57,578 nucleotides of DNA from Spirochaetia bacterium (GCA_029932585.1 JAOZPU010000003.1:1-57578); one strand, 5' to 3'; counted from the first letter of the stretch, positions 39,084 through 47,928 are shown. Notes: generated by a model not told the origin, from the letters alone. Program-made: numbers and translations.

Positions 39084-40124
39084 CTAAAAATCCCGGTCTT
39101 TTTTGATATATAAATTATAGGCAGCTGTGTGTTCAGAAAGATTTTTTGTAAATTCATGTTGTCCGGATTCAGCATTTTTTAAAAGAAAATAGAGATAATC
39201 ACTCTTTTCAGGGTAAAACGCCGCGGACAACGCAATTGAACCAGGATTAGATATAGGGCCTGGAGGAAGGCCTCTATTGATATAGGTATTATATGGAGAC
39301 TTAATTTTTAAATCATCAAAACTAATAAACTCAGGATGATCTTTTTCCATGATATCAGTTATTATATAAACAATTGTAGCACATGAACCTAAAGGAATTG
39401 GAATATCACGGTTTAACCTATTATAAAAAACACCAGCCATCAAGGCGGCTTCTGCAGGATCCCGATATTCTTTTTCAACTATTGATGCTAAAATTACAGT
39501 ATCCATTAGTTTCCTGAGTTCTAAACTTTTATAATCAGGATTAATAATCTCTAATCGTTTAAAAAAATTATTTACCATAACCCGAACAACCAATTCTGCG
39601 GGATATTTTTTTTGGAAATAATATGTATCAGGATACAAAAGTCCCTCCATATTATAACCATCTAAACCAAATTCAGTAATTATATCTGTAGAATTTACAG
39701 CTTTTATAAAACTTGTAGACTCAGTTATACCTTGTATTTCCAGATAATCAGCAATTTGCTTACTCGTCCAGCCTTCAGGTATTGTAATTTTATATAGACT
39801 TTGACGCCCCTCTATTAGCAAATCATGAATCTCAATTAAAGTCATTTTAGAACTAAGCCTATAAATTCCTATTTTATAGTCTGATTCTGTTCCCATTAAT
39901 CGACTATATAAAACAAGTGCCCATGAGTATTTAATTAGTTGCGCATCAACTAATGATTCTGATATATCACCAAGAGTATCTCCTTCTTCGATAGAAAATA
40001 CAATTTCAACATCACTCAATAGTTTTGTAGGAGCATTTAAATAGTTTGCAGCACTTACTGTTCCAAATAAAACAATTATCAGAAATAAAAAAATAAAAAT
40101 AATAGTTTTAACAAATAATTTCAT
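39084..40124 (-). CDS. mltG: endolytic murein transglycosylase MltG (YceG-like)
   Basis: N-terminal TM, ASIVEKE, the FYNRL motif, and PYNTYINRGLPPGPISNPG. Confidence 0.88.
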   Translation of the reverse strand: MKLFVKTIIFIFLFLIIVLFGTVSAANYLNAPTKLLSDVEIVFSIEEGDTLGDISESLVDAQLIKYSWALVLYSRLMGTESDYKIGIYRLSSKMTLIEIHDLLIEGRQSLYKITIPEGWTSKQIADYLEIQGITESTSFIKAVNSTDIITEFGLDGYNMEGLLYPDTYYFQKKYPAELVVRVMVNNFFKRLEIINPDYKSLELRKLMDTVILASIVEKEYRDPAEAALMAGVFYNRLNRDIPIPLGSCATIVYIITDIMEKDHPEFISFDDLKIKSPYNTYINRGLPPGPISNPGSIALSAAFYPEKSDYLYFLLKNAESGQHEFTKNLSEHTAAYNLYIKKDRDF

Positions 40125-40127
40125 TTA

Positions 40128-43100
40128 TCAATCTTTCCATAAAATAAATTCTACCCTTCGGTTTTTCCATCTATTTTCAAGATCACTATGAGGAACAAGT
40201 GGTTCTTTCCCGCCCATTCCTTCTGAATCCATTCTTGATGCAGGTATACCCAACCTGGTTAAATAATTTAATACAGTAATAGCTCTTTTTTCAGACAAAG
40301 GGCCCAGTTCGTCAATCTCTTCTCTTTTTGCTGCAACAGGATCATTCCACTTTGTAAGAACAGCATGTCCCTCAATTGTTATTCTGTAAGTACTATACTT
40401 CTTAAGTAATTCACTTACTCTATTTAAAATAAACTTATTCTGTTCAATTACTTCTGGACTATCTGCTAATAAATCGGGACTGTTGACTTTAAATATTATA
40501 TTTGCAATTTTAATTTTAAGAATATCACCTTCTCTTACAACAAGAACATCCACTGGGATTTTATCGGTAAAAATACCTTTATTCCCTACATTATCTTCCA
40601 ATATTAGCTTTACGGGATAATCCATTGCAGCGTACACAAGTTCACCTTGAGAAGATAATCCATCCCATAATATTTTATCTGCAGGTGCTCCTTCTCCACT
40701 AAAAGTTTTAAAAGACCTTTTTTCAGGATCTTCAATTTCAAAAGACCATTTTTTTATTCCACTTGCGTCATTAACTTTCATTTTAATAACAATTTCATCA
40801 TCAACTCCATCATTATCTGGCGAAAATGGAATAGGTGATAATTCAATAATACCTGTTGGAGGAGATACATCTATACTAAATTTGGACGAATGAACTTTTG
40901 GTTCATTACCTTTTGTATAAATAGCTGAAAAAACAGCAGTATAATCTCCTTCAATAATTTTTCCTCCAGTATTAAGACCATTCCAGGTTATACTTTTTGG
41001 GATACTGGAATCTCCTGAAAACTCTTTTTCAATATTTCCATTTTGATTTACCATTTTTAAAGACCATGATTCCAAACCCGATTTATTATTAACTATTGTA
41101 GTAAATTTAAGATCTTCAAACATACCATTTCCAGTTGGAGAAAGATATTTATCATTTACAGTTATAAATAATGCAGTAGGTTTTGTATCTATAATAATAT
41201 CTTCGATTTTTGCTAAAGAGGTATTTCCTGCATTATCACTGGAAGAAACACTATAACTATATTTACCATCAGGAACTATATTGCCATTTTCGTCTTTACC
41301 ATCCCACTTTAAATTATTAACACTTCCTTTCCAATAATATGAAGTTACAATGTCTCCATTATTATTAATTACCTCTGCCTGCCATAGATTCTCCAAACTG
41401 GATTTTTGCTCAATCTCAATGAAATCTTTTTTGCCATCAGAATCTGGTGAAAAAAGAATATACTTTGATGAAATTAAAATATCTGGATAAATAGTATCAA
41501 TTATGAACTCTTGTGATATTGATGTGGGGGCATTACCCTTTTTATATATAATTGATATTTTACCTACATAATTTCCATCATCAGCTACCCGACCATTCGA
41601 TCGAATGCCATTCCATAAAAACTCTTCTGGTAATTTTGTAGTTCCTGAAAAATTTCGAACAATATTAGAATTAGAATCCAGAATATCCAATGAATAAGAA
41701 GATATACCTTCAAGAACCTTAAGCTTTGGAATTAAAGATATATTATCCTGAATAGAATCTCCGTTTGGAGAGAAATATTTTAAATTTGTGGTTAGTATTA
41801 GAGGGGTTTCTTCAGTATTCAAAGTAAACTCAATAATTTCTGATTGCCCTGCATTACCTGCACGATCAATGGAAAGTAATTGGTAAGTATAATTTCCGTC
41901 AGGAGAGAGTCTTCCTGTGGGTAAAGTACCATTCCAATTAAAAATAGGTTCTGCAGCAGAAAACCACTGGTACTCATCGATAATTTTACCATCTTCAGAT
42001 TTAATTAGTCCAGTCCAGATTATTTCTGTAGAAGATTCCTGGTAAAACGTAATTTCATCTTTTAAATTATCACCATTGGGAGAAAATATTACACTATCAC
42101 TTTTAACATTAGCTACAGGTGGACTTACGTCTATAGTAAAAACAGGAGAAACTGAATTGGGATGATTGCCATTTAGATACAAAACATCAATTTTAGAAGT
42201 GTAGGCTCCCTCCTCAAGTATTATACCATCCTTGTCTCTTCCATTAAATACTATACTTTCAGGTAATAATCCATCTCCTTCAATTGTTCTTTGATTATTA
42301 CCATTGGTATCTATTATTATAATTTTCCAATTTAATATTCCATTTGAAACAGGAATTTCAGGAGTAAAAATTAATGTATCCAGTATCATATCGTTGTTGG
42401 GACTAAAAAATGATTTATCGATATTAATTGTTATTGGTGTTTCTTCAGTATTTTTAATAATATTACTTATTTCTTTGGACAAGGAATTTCCAGCTCTATC
42501 TACACTGCTTATTTTATATGAGAACACACCATCTGATGTCATATTCCCATTATTATCAGTACCATCCCATTCAAAATTCCGGGGGATATCATTAATAAAT
42601 TTAAAAGTTTTGACAGTATTCCCAGTAGAATCAAGAATTTCAGCTTCCCACAAATCTTCAGCAGATCCTGTTTGAGATATTTTAAAAGTATCTTTATTAT
42701 TATCCCCATTTGGAGAAAAGATCTTCATATCATCTTCTGGTTCACTTAGCTCTAAATCAGGTAATTTTGAATCAATTACAATTGCATAACTGTCTGATTG
42801 GCCTTTATTCCCATTATCATCCCAGGCTTCTACTGAAAAATAATAGATACCGTCACTTACTGTTGATCCATTATTATCAAGACCATCCCACCGAAACTCT
42901 TCAGGAATATCTATACCACTTTCAATAGAAAATAATCTGTCAAAAAAACCTGTAAATCCTTGATTTTCTACTCTTTTCTCTTTATTACGTATTTCTCTAA
43001 TAATATTACCATCTGCATCTTTTATAATAAATGCATAACCTTTTAAATATCTTGTATCAGAAATATTAATGGGAAATGTTAAATCATCTTTAATCCCATC

Positions 43101-44378
43101 ATTATTTGGAGATATATAAAAAGAAATCCCTGAATCAGGATATCTTTTATCATATCTCCCTTTATATTTCATATTTTCATTTTCTATTTTTTTAATAATA
43201 TTATAATCTTTACCAGTAGTTTTTTGTAATTCTATTTTAACATTAGATTTTGTCTTACTATATTTTAATTTATCAAAATTATTTTTATTTGTAAAAAAAC
43301 TTACAGTATTATCTTGTTTATCTGTATCCTCAGTTTTTTCATCTGTTTCAAAACCAGAAATATCAAGTTTTATAACCGGAGCTTGTTTATCTATCGAACC
43401 CAATGGGATATTTACACCTACACCAGTCGCCCAAAGATTTTGAGAAATCATCGAAAAGCCTGTATGAATATTTATTTCACTTTTATTCCAGCCTTTCTCG
43501 GTAATACCCATAAAAGTACTTTCCTGGGTTATATCTGTTTTGTATGAATAATGGATACCAATAGAAGGGATTATTCCGTAAGGATTGTTATGTATTAAAT
43601 CAAATGAATCTATTCTTGAACCTATATTCAGTGTTATGGTATCTTTAAAGGTTATTTCAGTACCGAGAGTAAGAATAACAGTTTTAAAATTTGATAATCC
43701 AATTAAGCCGAGATCAGCATATGCATTTATTTTAAAAATATCTGTATTACTAATATTAGTACTCACTCCTCCACTTAATGAAAATGGATCAGGATATGCA
43801 GAACTTATTCCTGAATATCCAAAATCCTGTAAAACAAACCCCCATCGAAAATCCTTAAATGGGCCAAGTTTTCCTACAGAAGAAATTACTCCGAGGTCAA
43901 CCATAGCAGAAACTCCAGGTTCAAACGAACCTGCAAACTTAACCCCAGCTCCAACAAGTAAGTCAGGATAAAGTTCTTTTGAAAAAGATCCATTAAATGA
44001 AAAAGTGGGATCTGCATAAACAGAAGGATATTGAGAAGTTAGGAAATGTCCCGACCAGCTTAATACACCTGCTTTAGTAGGAATTGTATTACCAATATTT
44101 ATACCATGCCCGTTATAACCACTAATATCTCCATCCTCACCAATTATTCCTATATAACTAAGATCTAATGTAACTCTTTGTGTTAGAGCCCCGGATGCTG
44201 GATTTACGGCTTCTGATTGGGGTGATAAAAGTTGAGTAACACTGGACGTACCAGCAATAAAATATGGAGAATAAAAATCTTTAGATCTTACTCCATCATC
44301 TGCTAAAACCCATAATGACGAACTTACCCATAAATAAATAAGAATAAGAACAATTTTTTTATTTAGTATATTTTTCAT
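40128..44378 (-). CDS. giant envelope protein: signal peptide, G/S/Y-rich barrel-like domain, 8 FlgD-Ig-like modules, C-terminal OmpA peptidoglycan-binding domain
   Basis: The start is set at ATG 44378 (MKNILNKKIVLILIYLWVSSSLWVLA). Eight modules open with [FIL]SP[ND]xD (for example FSPNGDNNKD) and close with W[DN]G..xxG...DG.Y. The C-terminus (ITIEGHA....RAITVLNYLTRLGIPASRM....NRRVEFILW) is OmpA-like. Confidence 0.8.
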   Translation of the reverse strand: MKNILNKKIVLILIYLWVSSSLWVLADDGVRSKDFYSPYFIAGTSSVTQLLSPQSEAVNPASGALTQRVTLDLSYIGIIGEDGDISGYNGHGINIGNTIPTKAGVLSWSGHFLTSQYPSVYADPTFSFNGSFSKELYPDLLVGAGVKFAGSFEPGVSAMVDLGVISSVGKLGPFKDFRWGFVLQDFGYSGISSAYPDPFSLSGGVSTNISNTDIFKINAYADLGLIGLSNFKTVILTLGTEITFKDTITLNIGSRIDSFDLIHNNPYGIIPSIGIHYSYKTDITQESTFMGITEKGWNKSEINIHTGFSMISQNLWATGVGVNIPLGSIDKQAPVIKLDISGFETDEKTEDTDKQDNTVSFFTNKNNFDKLKYSKTKSNVKIELQKTTGKDYNIIKKIENENMKYKGRYDKRYPDSGISFYISPNNDGIKDDLTFPINISDTRYLKGYAFIIKDADGNIIREIRNKEKRVENQGFTGFFDRLFSIESGIDIPEEFRWDGLDNNGSTVSDGIYYFSVEAWDDNGNKGQSDSYAIVIDSKLPDLELSEPEDDMKIFSPNGDNNKDTFKISQTGSAEDLWEAEILDSTGNTVKTFKFINDIPRNFEWDGTDNNGNMTSDGVFSYKISSVDRAGNSLSKEISNIIKNTEETPITINIDKSFFSPNNDMILDTLIFTPEIPVSNGILNWKIIIIDTNGNNQRTIEGDGLLPESIVFNGRDKDGIILEEGAYTSKIDVLYLNGNHPNSVSPVFTIDVSPPVANVKSDSVIFSPNGDNLKDEITFYQESSTEIIWTGLIKSEDGKIIDEYQWFSAAEPIFNWNGTLPTGRLSPDGNYTYQLLSIDRAGNAGQSEIIEFTLNTEETPLILTTNLKYFSPNGDSIQDNISLIPKLKVLEGISSYSLDILDSNSNIVRNFSGTTKLPEEFLWNGIRSNGRVADDGNYVGKISIIYKKGNAPTSISQEFIIDTIYPDILISSKYILFSPDSDGKKDFIEIEQKSSLENLWQAEVINNNGDIVTSYYWKGSVNNLKWDGKDENGNIVPDGKYSYSVSSSDNAGNTSLAKIEDIIIDTKPTALFITVNDKYLSPTGNGMFEDLKFTTIVNNKSGLESWSLKMVNQNGNIEKEFSGDSSIPKSITWNGLNTGGKIIEGDYTAVFSAIYTKGNEPKVHSSKFSIDVSPPTGIIELSPIPFSPDNDGVDDEIVIKMKVNDASGIKKWSFEIEDPEKRSFKTFSGEGAPADKILWDGLSSQGELVYAAMDYPVKLILEDNVGNKGIFTDKIPVDVLVVREGDILKIKIANIIFKVNSPDLLADSPEVIEQNKFILNRVSELLKKYSTYRITIEGHAVLTKWNDPVAAKREEIDELGPLSEKRAITVLNYLTRLGIPASRMDSEGMGGKEPLVPHSDLENRWKNRRVEFILWKD
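40542..43124 (-). repeat. array of 8 Ig-like protein modules (coding repeats, ~103-131 aa each)
   Basis: The module-opening SP[ND/TG] motifs lie at ORF aa 448, 579, 683, 790, 894, 1001, 1104 and 1210. These correspond to nt 43115, 42722, 42410, 42089, 41777, 41456, 41147 and 40829. Similarity is clear at protein level and weak at DNA level. Confidence 0.65.
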
Positions 44379-44388
44379 AACTTTGAAT

Positions 44389-44583
44389 TTACAGCTTTTT
44401 ACCAAGAACATCAACTTTCTTTGCATATAACTCTCCAATAGATTCCATTTGTTCAATTGAAAGATATCTAAATATCTCTTTTTCGGCTCTGTATTTTATT
44501 GATTGCTGAAGGTTATCAAGTTTTTCATCATTTTCCTGTAATAATAAATATATTGCAATTAAATCATTACCATCAATATTCAT
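44389..44583 (-). CDS. 64-aa hypothetical protein
   Basis: The ATG overlaps the MBL-gene stop as TAATG. The sequence is helical-looking (LQQSIKYRAEKEIFRYLSIEQMESIGELYAKK). No homology is recognised. Confidence 0.4.
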   Translation of the reverse strand: MNIDGNDLIAIYLLLQENDEKLDNLQQSIKYRAEKEIFRYLSIEQMESIGELYAKKVDVLGKKL

Positions 44584-45527
44584 TACAAAGATATCTCCAG
44601 GTCTTCCCTGGCTAAAATTATCTCTATTTCTGAATTTTGTTGATATTTTTTATACCAATTTGCAGATTTATAAATACTTTCCATTTTATTGTCATCATAA
44701 AGAGGTTCATGATGGAATAAAACTAGTTTATTAATATTCCAGGCAGAGGCAAAATCAACAGCAAGACTGTAAGAAGAATGTCCCCAGTCATATTTTTCGA
44801 TAGCTTCATCCAAAGTATACTGGCTATCCATGATAATTAAATCACTATCTTGATAAAAACTAATATTCTTCTCATTTTTTTCAAAATCACTGTTTTGAAG
44901 TTCTGTATCTGTAGAAAAAATCATAGTTCTGAAATCTTCTTCTATTTTATAAGAAAAAGAACCTCCAGGGTGCTTCATTCTTCGCCAGTTAATTTTTGAA
45001 TTTCCTATATGGATACTATTATTATCTAAAACATTAAAGTGTACATTTTTACTAAACATATCCATAGTAATAGGAAAATATGGAGATTTCATTTGCCCAC
45101 TTAAAATTTCTTCAAATTGAGGAACAGGGCTGTAAAAATTTATACTACACTCAGGGTTATATACCTGAGGCGAAAAAAAAGGTAATCCCTGTATATGATC
45201 CCAATGAAAATGAGTAAAAAATATATGATAGTTTCTAATATGACTGTTTTCATGAAAAAGATGAGTTCCCAGGCGTGTTAAACCGGAACCGGCATCAAAT
45301 ATAATTATTGTATCATCATTAAGTCGAACTTCGACACAAGTAGTATTTCCGCCAACAGTACCAAAAATATTCGCTGGTAGAGTTGCTAAAAAAGCCTCTC
45401 TTGTTTCTGGTGATTTTAAATCTTCAGTTTTTATTCTTTGAACAACAGCAGAAATTTTTCTTTGTATCTGATTTGATGACAAAGGTGTCGGAATTGATCC
45501 TCGCACGCCCCAAAACCGGATTTTCAT
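44583..45527 (-). CDS. MBL-fold metallo-hydrolase
   Basis: HFHWDHIQG (the HxHxDH motif), the N-terminus MKIRFWGVRGSIPTP, and a later HPGGSFSY. Confidence 0.8.
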   Translation of the reverse strand: MKIRFWGVRGSIPTPLSSNQIQRKISAVVQRIKTEDLKSPETREAFLATLPANIFGTVGGNTTCVEVRLNDDTIIIFDAGSGLTRLGTHLFHENSHIRNYHIFFTHFHWDHIQGLPFFSPQVYNPECSINFYSPVPQFEEILSGQMKSPYFPITMDMFSKNVHFNVLDNNSIHIGNSKINWRRMKHPGGSFSYKIEEDFRTMIFSTDTELQNSDFEKNEKNISFYQDSDLIIMDSQYTLDEAIEKYDWGHSSYSLAVDFASAWNINKLVLFHHEPLYDDNKMESIYKSANWYKKYQQNSEIEIILAREDLEISL

Positions 45528-45552
45528 ATTAATTTCTCCATTAATTCAATTT

Positions 45553-45990
45553 TTAAAGTAAAATATACTGTTCACTGTCTCTTACTTTCAACCATTCCTC
45601 AATCTTTTCTTTAGGAACAATATTTCCATGATTCATACCAGGGCAGGATTCTGATTCAAGTTCCCAGGCTTCTTTATTTAGAAGAAATGGTTTCCAAAAA
45701 GGATAACTACGACACTGAAGAGGTCTGTTTTCATAAATTTCACAACCACCATTATCCCAAAAAATACAATCATAATTAGGTTTTTCAATTAAACTTAATC
45801 GTTTATGTTCACCCATATCAACTGTTCGACAGTATTTTTCAATAACTTCATTTTCTGATATTTTAAAATATTTTATTAGATTAGCAAGATCATTGTAAGA
45901 AAGGAATACATAACCAGGATCATAGCGACAACATTTTGAACATTGAGTACATTCAAATTTTAGACCACTTTCATAAAAAAGTTTACTCAA
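45553..45990 (-). CDS. YkgJ-family cysteine-cluster protein (CxxCxxCC)
   Basis: CTQCSKCC near the N-terminus plus further Cys residues (CEIYENRPLQCRSYP). It has a TTG start, and the start position is uncertain. Confidence 0.65.
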   Translation of the reverse strand: MSKLFYESGLKFECTQCSKCCRYDPGYVFLSYNDLANLIKYFKISENEVIEKYCRTVDMGEHKRLSLIEKPNYDCIFWDNGGCEIYENRPLQCRSYPFWKPFLLNKEAWELESESCPGMNHGNIVPKEKIEEWLKVRDSEQYILL

Positions 45991-46031
45991 ACTAAAGCCG
46001 CCTTTTACTGCTTCTTTTCTTTAAAGGGCAT

Positions 46032-46061
46032 AAAAAAAGGATCCTTCATTAAGAAAGATCC
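46032..46061 (-). terminator. rho-independent terminator after tRNA-Tyr
   Basis: The minus strand reads GGAUCUUUC-UUAAU-GAAGGAUCC, a 9-bp stem with one G-U pair, followed by U7. It begins 2 nt after the tRNA 3' end. Confidence 0.65.
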
Positions 46062-46063
46062 TA

Positions 46064-46145
46064 TGGGGAGAGAAGGATTTGAACCTTCGAAGGCGTAGCC
46101 AACAGATTTACAGTCTGCCCCCTTTGACCACTCGGGAACCTCCCC
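46064..46145 (-). tRNA. tRNA-Tyr (anticodon GUA), class II with long variable arm
   Basis: The minus strand reads GGGGAGGUUCCCGAGUGGUCAAAGGGGGCAGACUGUAAAUCUGU...GAAGGUUCAAAUCCUUCUCUCCCCA. The acceptor, anticodon and T arms pair. CCA is not encoded. Confidence 0.9.
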
Positions 46146-46184
46146 AATAAAACGAACTTTAACATAAAAAAAATGCTATAGTCA

Positions 46185-46258
46185 AGCCGCCTGTCAGATT
46201 CGAACTGACGACCCCGAGATTACAAGTCACGTGCTCTGGCCAGCTGAGCTAAGGCGGC
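46185..46258 (-). tRNA. tRNA-Thr (anticodon UGU)
   Basis: The minus strand reads GCCGCCUUAGCUCAGCUGGCCAGAGCACGUGACUUGUAAUCUCGGGGUCGUCAGUUCGAAUCUGACAGGCGGCU. It forms a 74-nt cloverleaf with one U-U mismatch in the anticodon stem. Confidence 0.9.
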
Positions 46259-46274
46259 ATTTTCTGATTCGATG

Positions 46275-46303
46275 AACATAATAGTTTTAGAAAATTATGT
46301 CAA
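46275..46303 (-). promoter_or_regulatory. candidate sigma-70 promoter for the tRNA-Thr/tRNA-Tyr unit (TTGACA-17-TATGTT)
   Basis: The minus strand has a perfect -35 TTGACA (46303-46298), a 17-nt spacer and TATGTT (46280-46275). This lies ~17 nt upstream of the tRNA-Thr 5' end. Confidence 0.45.
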
Positions 46304-46317
46304 GTAAGATTAGTTTT

Positions 46318-47100
46318 TTAAATCATAAAATGAAAGCTCAAAATTGAACTTGTTAAAACATTGGTATGCTTCCCGAAGATAGCTATGGTGTGTTCAAATT
46401 GTGCTGTATATTGACCATCCGCTGTAACTATTGACCAGGTATCATCTAAGGTAGCCATTTTCCCGGAACCTAATGTTAAAACAGGTTCAATGGTAAATAC
46501 CATTCCAGGGACAATAGGTAACCCCATATTTAATTCTCCTATGGGGAGAATAATAGGATCCTCATGCACATCAAGACCTATACCATGGCCTGCAAGTTCA
46601 TCAATAATAGAACAACCCCATCTTGATGCAGTTTCCGAAATAGCATAACCAATGTCACCAATTCTATTACCGGCTCTGGCAGCCTTTATACCTGCAGAAG
46701 TAGATTCCTTAGCAGCTTTATATAGTCTGCGAAGATCATTATTAACATTTCCTATTAAATAAGTATAAGCCCCATCTCCATGCCACCCATCAACATTCAG
46801 GATAATATCAACTGTAATGATATCACCTTCTTTAAGTTTATAATCACCTGGGATACCGTGAACGGCTACAGAATTTACAGAAGTGCAAATAGTAGAAGGA
46901 AATCCTTTATAACCAAAAGCTGATGATTTTGCCTGTTTTTTACTCATTGAATTTATACAAAACTTTTCTATTTCTTTTGTACTAATACCAGGAACAATGA
47001 AGTTACCAAGATCTTTAAAAATTGATTCAATTATTTTACATGATTTGGATATTCTGGCTACTTCAGGAGAAGTTTTAAGAATTACATTATCATTTTCCAT
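46318..47100 (-). CDS. map: type I methionine aminopeptidase
   Basis: The metal ligands appear in context: GDIITVDI, DGWHGD, GHGIG, FTIEP and QFEHT. Confidence 0.92.
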   Translation of the reverse strand: MENDNVILKTSPEVARISKSCKIIESIFKDLGNFIVPGISTKEIEKFCINSMSKKQAKSSAFGYKGFPSTICTSVNSVAVHGIPGDYKLKEGDIITVDIILNVDGWHGDGAYTYLIGNVNNDLRRLYKAAKESTSAGIKAARAGNRIGDIGYAISETASRWGCSIIDELAGHGIGLDVHEDPIILPIGELNMGLPIVPGMVFTIEPVLTLGSGKMATLDDTWSIVTADGQYTAQFEHTIAIFGKHTNVLTSSILSFHFMI

Positions 47101-47453
47101 TAATTATTTAAATCCGGTCTTAAATTCTTTGCTCCTTCAAGATAAACAGGTTTTAAACCTTGTTCTGTATTAACAGTTATTAAAACTCTTATTATTCTTT
47201 CCATAGAGCCAACAATATCAGGTTCTTTTGTACAAAAAAGAGGTGTTTGTTCAAAACCTATAGTTCTTAATGCTCCAGCAGGATTCATAGCATCCAGATC
47301 ACTTGTTTGAGAAAATATAATGCTGATAACATTTTCCAGTAATATATTATTTTCATCTAAAATTAGTTTTACAAGCCTTACTACACCTATCTCAATTGAC
47401 TTGATATTATTAGATTCTATTTGTATAGCACCTCGAACTGCTTTTACAGCCAT
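47100..47453 (-). CDS. aroH: AroH-type monofunctional chorismate mutase
   Basis: 117 aa with AVRGAIQIE..., FSQTSDLDAMNPA, RVLITVNT and LRPDL, which parallels B. subtilis AroH. GGAGG lies 6 nt upstream. It has a TAATG overlap with map. Confidence 0.75.
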   Translation of the reverse strand: MAVKAVRGAIQIESNNIKSIEIGVVRLVKLILDENNILLENVISIIFSQTSDLDAMNPAGALRTIGFEQTPLFCTKEPDIVGSMERIIRVLITVNTEQGLKPVYLEGAKNLRPDLNN

Positions 47454-47495
47454 ATCTACCTCCGACGCCTGATAAAAAAATGATACTACTATATA

Positions 47496-47834
47496 TCAGC
47501 TTACAGTCATGGTAACAACAGTAATCATTTTTACCAATACATAAAGAAAAATAATTATTACTTCTCCGAATATTATTAGTCCCAGATTAATAAATCTTTT
47601 AATTTTAAATCTAATTATATCTATTAAAATAAAAATTATCTGATAAAATCCCAGAATAATAAAAATAATTGAAATGTAACCAAAAATATTTAATAAAATT
47701 AATTGTGATGAATCTAAAAACTCCTGAAAATTCCCAATAATATATGTAATAAAGACCATACATGCTAAAATAAACAACAAAGAAGTAGTTTTCCGAATTA
47801 ATAATGGTATCCATGATATATTTATCTTATGCAT
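47496..47834 (-). CDS. small membrane protein (3 predicted TM helices)
   Basis: 112 aa, very hydrophobic, with no recognised family. Confidence 0.4.
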   Translation of the reverse strand: MHKINISWIPLLIRKTTSLLFILACMVFITYIIGNFQEFLDSSQLILLNIFGYISIIFIILGFYQIIFILIDIIRFKIKRFINLGLIIFGEVIIIFLYVLVKMITVVTMTVS

Positions 47835-47862
47835 TTTATAAATCTATCAGGCAAAAAGAATA

Positions 47863-47891
47863 TTGTCATCACCTTTTATATAGCTTATTAT
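47863..47891 (+). promoter_or_regulatory. candidate sigma-70 promoter (TTGTCA-17-TATTAT) for the HAD gene
   Basis: TTGTCA at 47863-47868, a 17-nt spacer, and TATTAT at 47886-47891. This lies ~37 nt upstream of the TTG start. Confidence 0.4.
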
Positions 47892-47928
47892 CAATATAAA
47901 ACGAAGTACTACCTGTAAAGGAAATTTT

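Noticed and set aside
44379-44456. A longer ORF-track start (TTG 44456) for the giant OmpA/Ig protein, and likewise 53273 for the DUF1015-like gene.
   Set aside because: ATG 44378 yields a canonical signal peptide and avoids overlapping the 64-aa ORF. ATG 53312 has a GGAGG RBS, whereas 53273 lies within the candidate promoter.
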